Source: Mobula hypostoma
Taxonomy: Eukaryota
Reading direction: 5' to 3'
NCBI RefSeq assembly: GCF_963921235.1
Contig: NC_086097.1
Coordinates: forward strand, 220,288,001-220,352,000
Length of the DNA: 64,000 nt
Part shown: positions 61,120-64,000 of the stretch, piece after piece
Layout: each line of letters opens with the position of its first letter
Position numbering within the stretch: position 1 is the first letter of the stretch
Program-made: the position numbers and the translations under genes
Notes under the pieces: generated by a model
What the model was told of the DNA's origin: nothing
The model's database searches: none
Seen by the model: the letters and a program-made list of their open reading frames with translations, nothing else

Positions 61120-61575
61120 CAGAACATTACAACACAGTACAAGCCTTTTAGCCCACGGTATTGTGTCGACCTTTTAACCTACTCTTAAGATCAATCTAAC
61201 CCTTCTCTCTGACATAGTCCTGACGAAGGGTCTCGGCCTGAAACGTCGACTGCGCCTCTTCCTATAGATGCTGCTTGGCCTGCTGCGTTCACCAGCAACT
61301 TTGATGTATGTTGCCTTCATTTTACTATTATCCATGTGCCTTTCTACAGTTTGTAAGAGTTAAGTAATGTCCCTAATGCATCTCCGTCCAACACCATCCT
61401 GGAAACATATTCCATGCACTCTCCACTCCCGTGTAGAAAACCTACCTCTGACATAGTCATATACTTTCTTCCAATCACCTTAAAATTATACCCTTTGTAT
61501 TAGCCATTTACACACTGGGAGAAAGTCTCTAGCTGTCCAGTTAACTGATGTCTCTTCTCATCTTGTACACCAGAT
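61120..61575 (-). mobile_element. Old CR1 3' fragment containing a Penelope pLTR (61216-61315)
   Basis: AGAACATTACAACACAGTACAAGCC tail; CR1 3' sequence resumes after 61315. Confidence 0.75.
61216..61251 (+). ncRNA. Minimal type I hammerhead ribozyme motif in a Penelope pLTR
   Basis: Stem I AGUC/GACU; core CUGACGA; extra A; stem II GGGU-CUCG-GCCU; GAAA; palindromic loopless stem III ACGU; GUC cleavage triplet ending at 61247. Confidence 0.75.
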
Positions 61576-61879
61576 TCATAATTACATGGGATACATTTTC
61601 AATTAGAGTATCGTATCTTCAATAGCCATCTTCATTACTTAGACTGCTAATCCAGGGGAAATTTTGAGGAAACTTCTGTGCTGTGATTTATTGTCCATGA
61701 GAAACTATTATTCAGACTGACTGTCAATTCAAACAGAGAATTTCCACATTGTTGTGGGTGAATTTAAACTCAGGATCCCAAACTGAAATCTAAGAATGCA
61801 CCCTCTCTCTCTCTCTACATAGGTAAATTATTGACATTGCAAGCTTAGTAACAGCTACATTCCACAGGCTAAACTTCAC

Positions 61880-62390
61880 AAGTTCAAAGTTAATTTATTA
61901 TCAAAGTACATATATGTCACCATATATGCCACCCTGAGATTCATTTTCTTGTGGGCATACTCAATAAATCCAATAACCATAATAGACTGCACCAACAGGG
62001 TGGCAACCATTGTGCAAAACACAATAAACTGCAAATACAAAAAGAAATGATAATAACAATAACAAATAAATAAACATTAAATATCAGGAATATGAGATGA
62101 ATAATACTTGAAAGTGCGTCCATAGGTTGTGGAAACATTTCATTTCGGTGATGGTGCAAGTGAAATGGAGTGAGGTTTTCTCCCTTAGTTCAAGAGCCTG
62201 ATGGTTGAGGGGTAATTACTGATCCTGAACCTGGTGGTGTGAGTCCCAGGGCTCCTGTACCTTCTTTCTGATGGCAGCAGCGAGATGAGAGCATGACCTG
62301 GATGATGGGGGTCCCTGATGATGGATACTGCTTTCCTGTGACAACACTCCGTGCAGATGTGCTCAGTGGTGGACCAGGCCATATCCACTC
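61880..62390 (-). mobile_element. Rex1/Babar LINE 3' end
   Basis: KAVSIIRDPHHPGHALISLLPSERRYRSPGTHTTRFRISNYPSTIRLLN; tail TTTGATAATAAATTAACTTTGAACTT. Confidence 0.85.
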
Positions 62391-63149
62391 CTGGGCCAAC
62401 AGATTATTGTTAGCAAACAAGAGAACATGTGCAAAAATATTACTTTATCACTTTTGCCAATTTTTTTAAGCACTCATGTCAGGCTGATATCATGTGCTTC
62501 AAGTATTGGAAGCAAACATCTATTTTGCATCAACTAACACTTCACTTTCTTGGCTGAATTTATGAAAAATGGCAACATTCTGTTCAGCTGTTCCCCTATG
62601 CAGATTCACAGTGTACCATTATCTCAGAATTTGGTCTAAGGAATCTGATGCACTATGTTTTAAGGGGCTACAGCTCACCATTAAAGAAGTAGTTTCGCTG
62701 GTGACCAATCCCTTTATTATCATGAAGACAGGAAGCCTTCAAACAGCTATACAGCTCTGTGGTGGCTCAAATCATTAGGGCATAGAGTGGTTTGAATCGT
62801 ATAAGGCAGTAAAATTACAGATGCATCCCTGAGGGGCTGGTGTGTTGGCTTACTTCACCCAGAATGGCAATAGCGACACCTTAGTTGGCTGCAGGGCCAA
62901 GGAGGATTTGAGAGGAGGAAATCATTTAGATGCTGATTGGGAGTAACCAATTAACATTAAAATGCTAACTTTAAATGCATATATGCAGAATTGGTTTGGA
63001 TAAGATGGGTTTCAGTTTCGATAATCGCCAAACCTGTTTCATTTTGCAATTCTATATTATTTTTTTCCAAATTCTACGCAAAACTGAGGGAAGTACACAG
63101 AAGGGATTTGACATTTGACGTTTAAAAGGTAATGTCTGCATTCCTGATT

Positions 63150-63385
63150 TTCTATCATTTCACTGACCTCAACACTGATCTGATTCCACAGCTAATAGAC
63201 TCACTCTACAATGCAGGTTCTCAGTTTATTAATTATTATTATTTGTATTTACAGTTTGTCTTTTGCACATTGGTTGTCAGTCTTTGTGTGTAGTTTTCAT
63301 TGGTTCTATTGCATTTTTTTGTTCTACTGTGAATACCTACCAAAAAAAATCTCAGGGTAGTATGCGTGATATACCTATCCTACTT
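63150..63385 (+). mobile_element. Rex1/Babar 3' UTR fragment
   Basis: Similar to 10000-10290 (CAGTTTGTCTTTTGCACATTGGTTG...AATCTCAGGGTAG). Confidence 0.55.
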
Positions 63386-64000
63386 TGAGCATTTTTCTTT
63401 TTCGCCTTGTGGTATATACACTCAGACCCTAACCTCAATAAATTCCTTAAATACCTCCTCCTATTCTTAATCACAATATTAATCCTCATCACAGCTTGTT
63501 TATCACAATTGTTTATTGGTTGAGAGGGTTTAAAAAAATAGATCTGACCTTTCCTGAGGTTTAATTCTATGAATCAGCCACACCCCTACTATCTGCTCAC
63601 GGGACTGTAGGATGAACAAACCAACCATTCAGAATTGGCAACTAACTAGGGAGTTCCATTGGAGTTAAACCCAATTCTGTGCCCACTCAGTTTGATCCTC
63701 TCTCACTGAGGATACTGACATCAGGATTCTGGATATTAATCAGAGGAAACAACTATCAGCTGAGTTTCACTGCCCCAGTGCAAAGGAATTGCAGTGAACT
63801 TAATTACACCCAGTCATTGCCCGGATGTCACCAATATAAGTTGGAGACTGAATGGTCTCAACTATTAATTACATAGATCTTCAACACCAAAGGTAACATG
63901 AATTGCTCCGAATTGTTTCTTACTGTTAAGAATAGACAAATAATTGTAATTTTAATGGATGCTTACTATCAACATCTATTAACGTGTAGAAACTGTAGTT

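Noticed and set aside
63580..63870. Possible LF-SINE-like ancient repeat
   Set aside because: Resemblance too weak to support without an HMM search
1..64000. CRISPR arrays, rRNA, tRNA genes, prokaryotic operons
   Set aside because: None seen; tRNA-like boxes are SINE heads and the DNA is vertebrate-like

Overview
Repeat-dense, AT-rich vertebrate DNA. The repeat mix (CR1 LINEs, V-SINE/HE1-like SINEs, Deu-domain SINEs, Rex1/Babar LINEs, Penelope-like elements) suggests a cartilaginous fish, probably a ray; this is inference. Most of the window is nested transposable elements: about 12 CR1 fragments, several Rex1/Babar fragments, Tc1 and hAT derivatives, a decayed Gypsy element with a related solo LTR, and a BEL/Pao LTR element bounded by a 5-bp TSD. 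Most notable: (1) many short Penelope-derived terminal repeats carrying minimal hammerhead-ribozyme cores, several inserted as fold-back units with long target duplications; (2) the BEL/Pao element has lost RT, RNase H and the integrase core, with a coiled-coil-like segment of about 200 codons in their place; (3) a 431-bp fold-back hAT MITE whose arms include Tc1 transposase sequence; (4) minus-strand candidate host exons, including a possible cluster of alternative terminal exons at 50.3-58.2 kb, from genes I cannot name. Coordinates were read by eye; boundaries of old repeats are approximate. Most short ORFs in the ORF track are antisense or chance frames within repeats.
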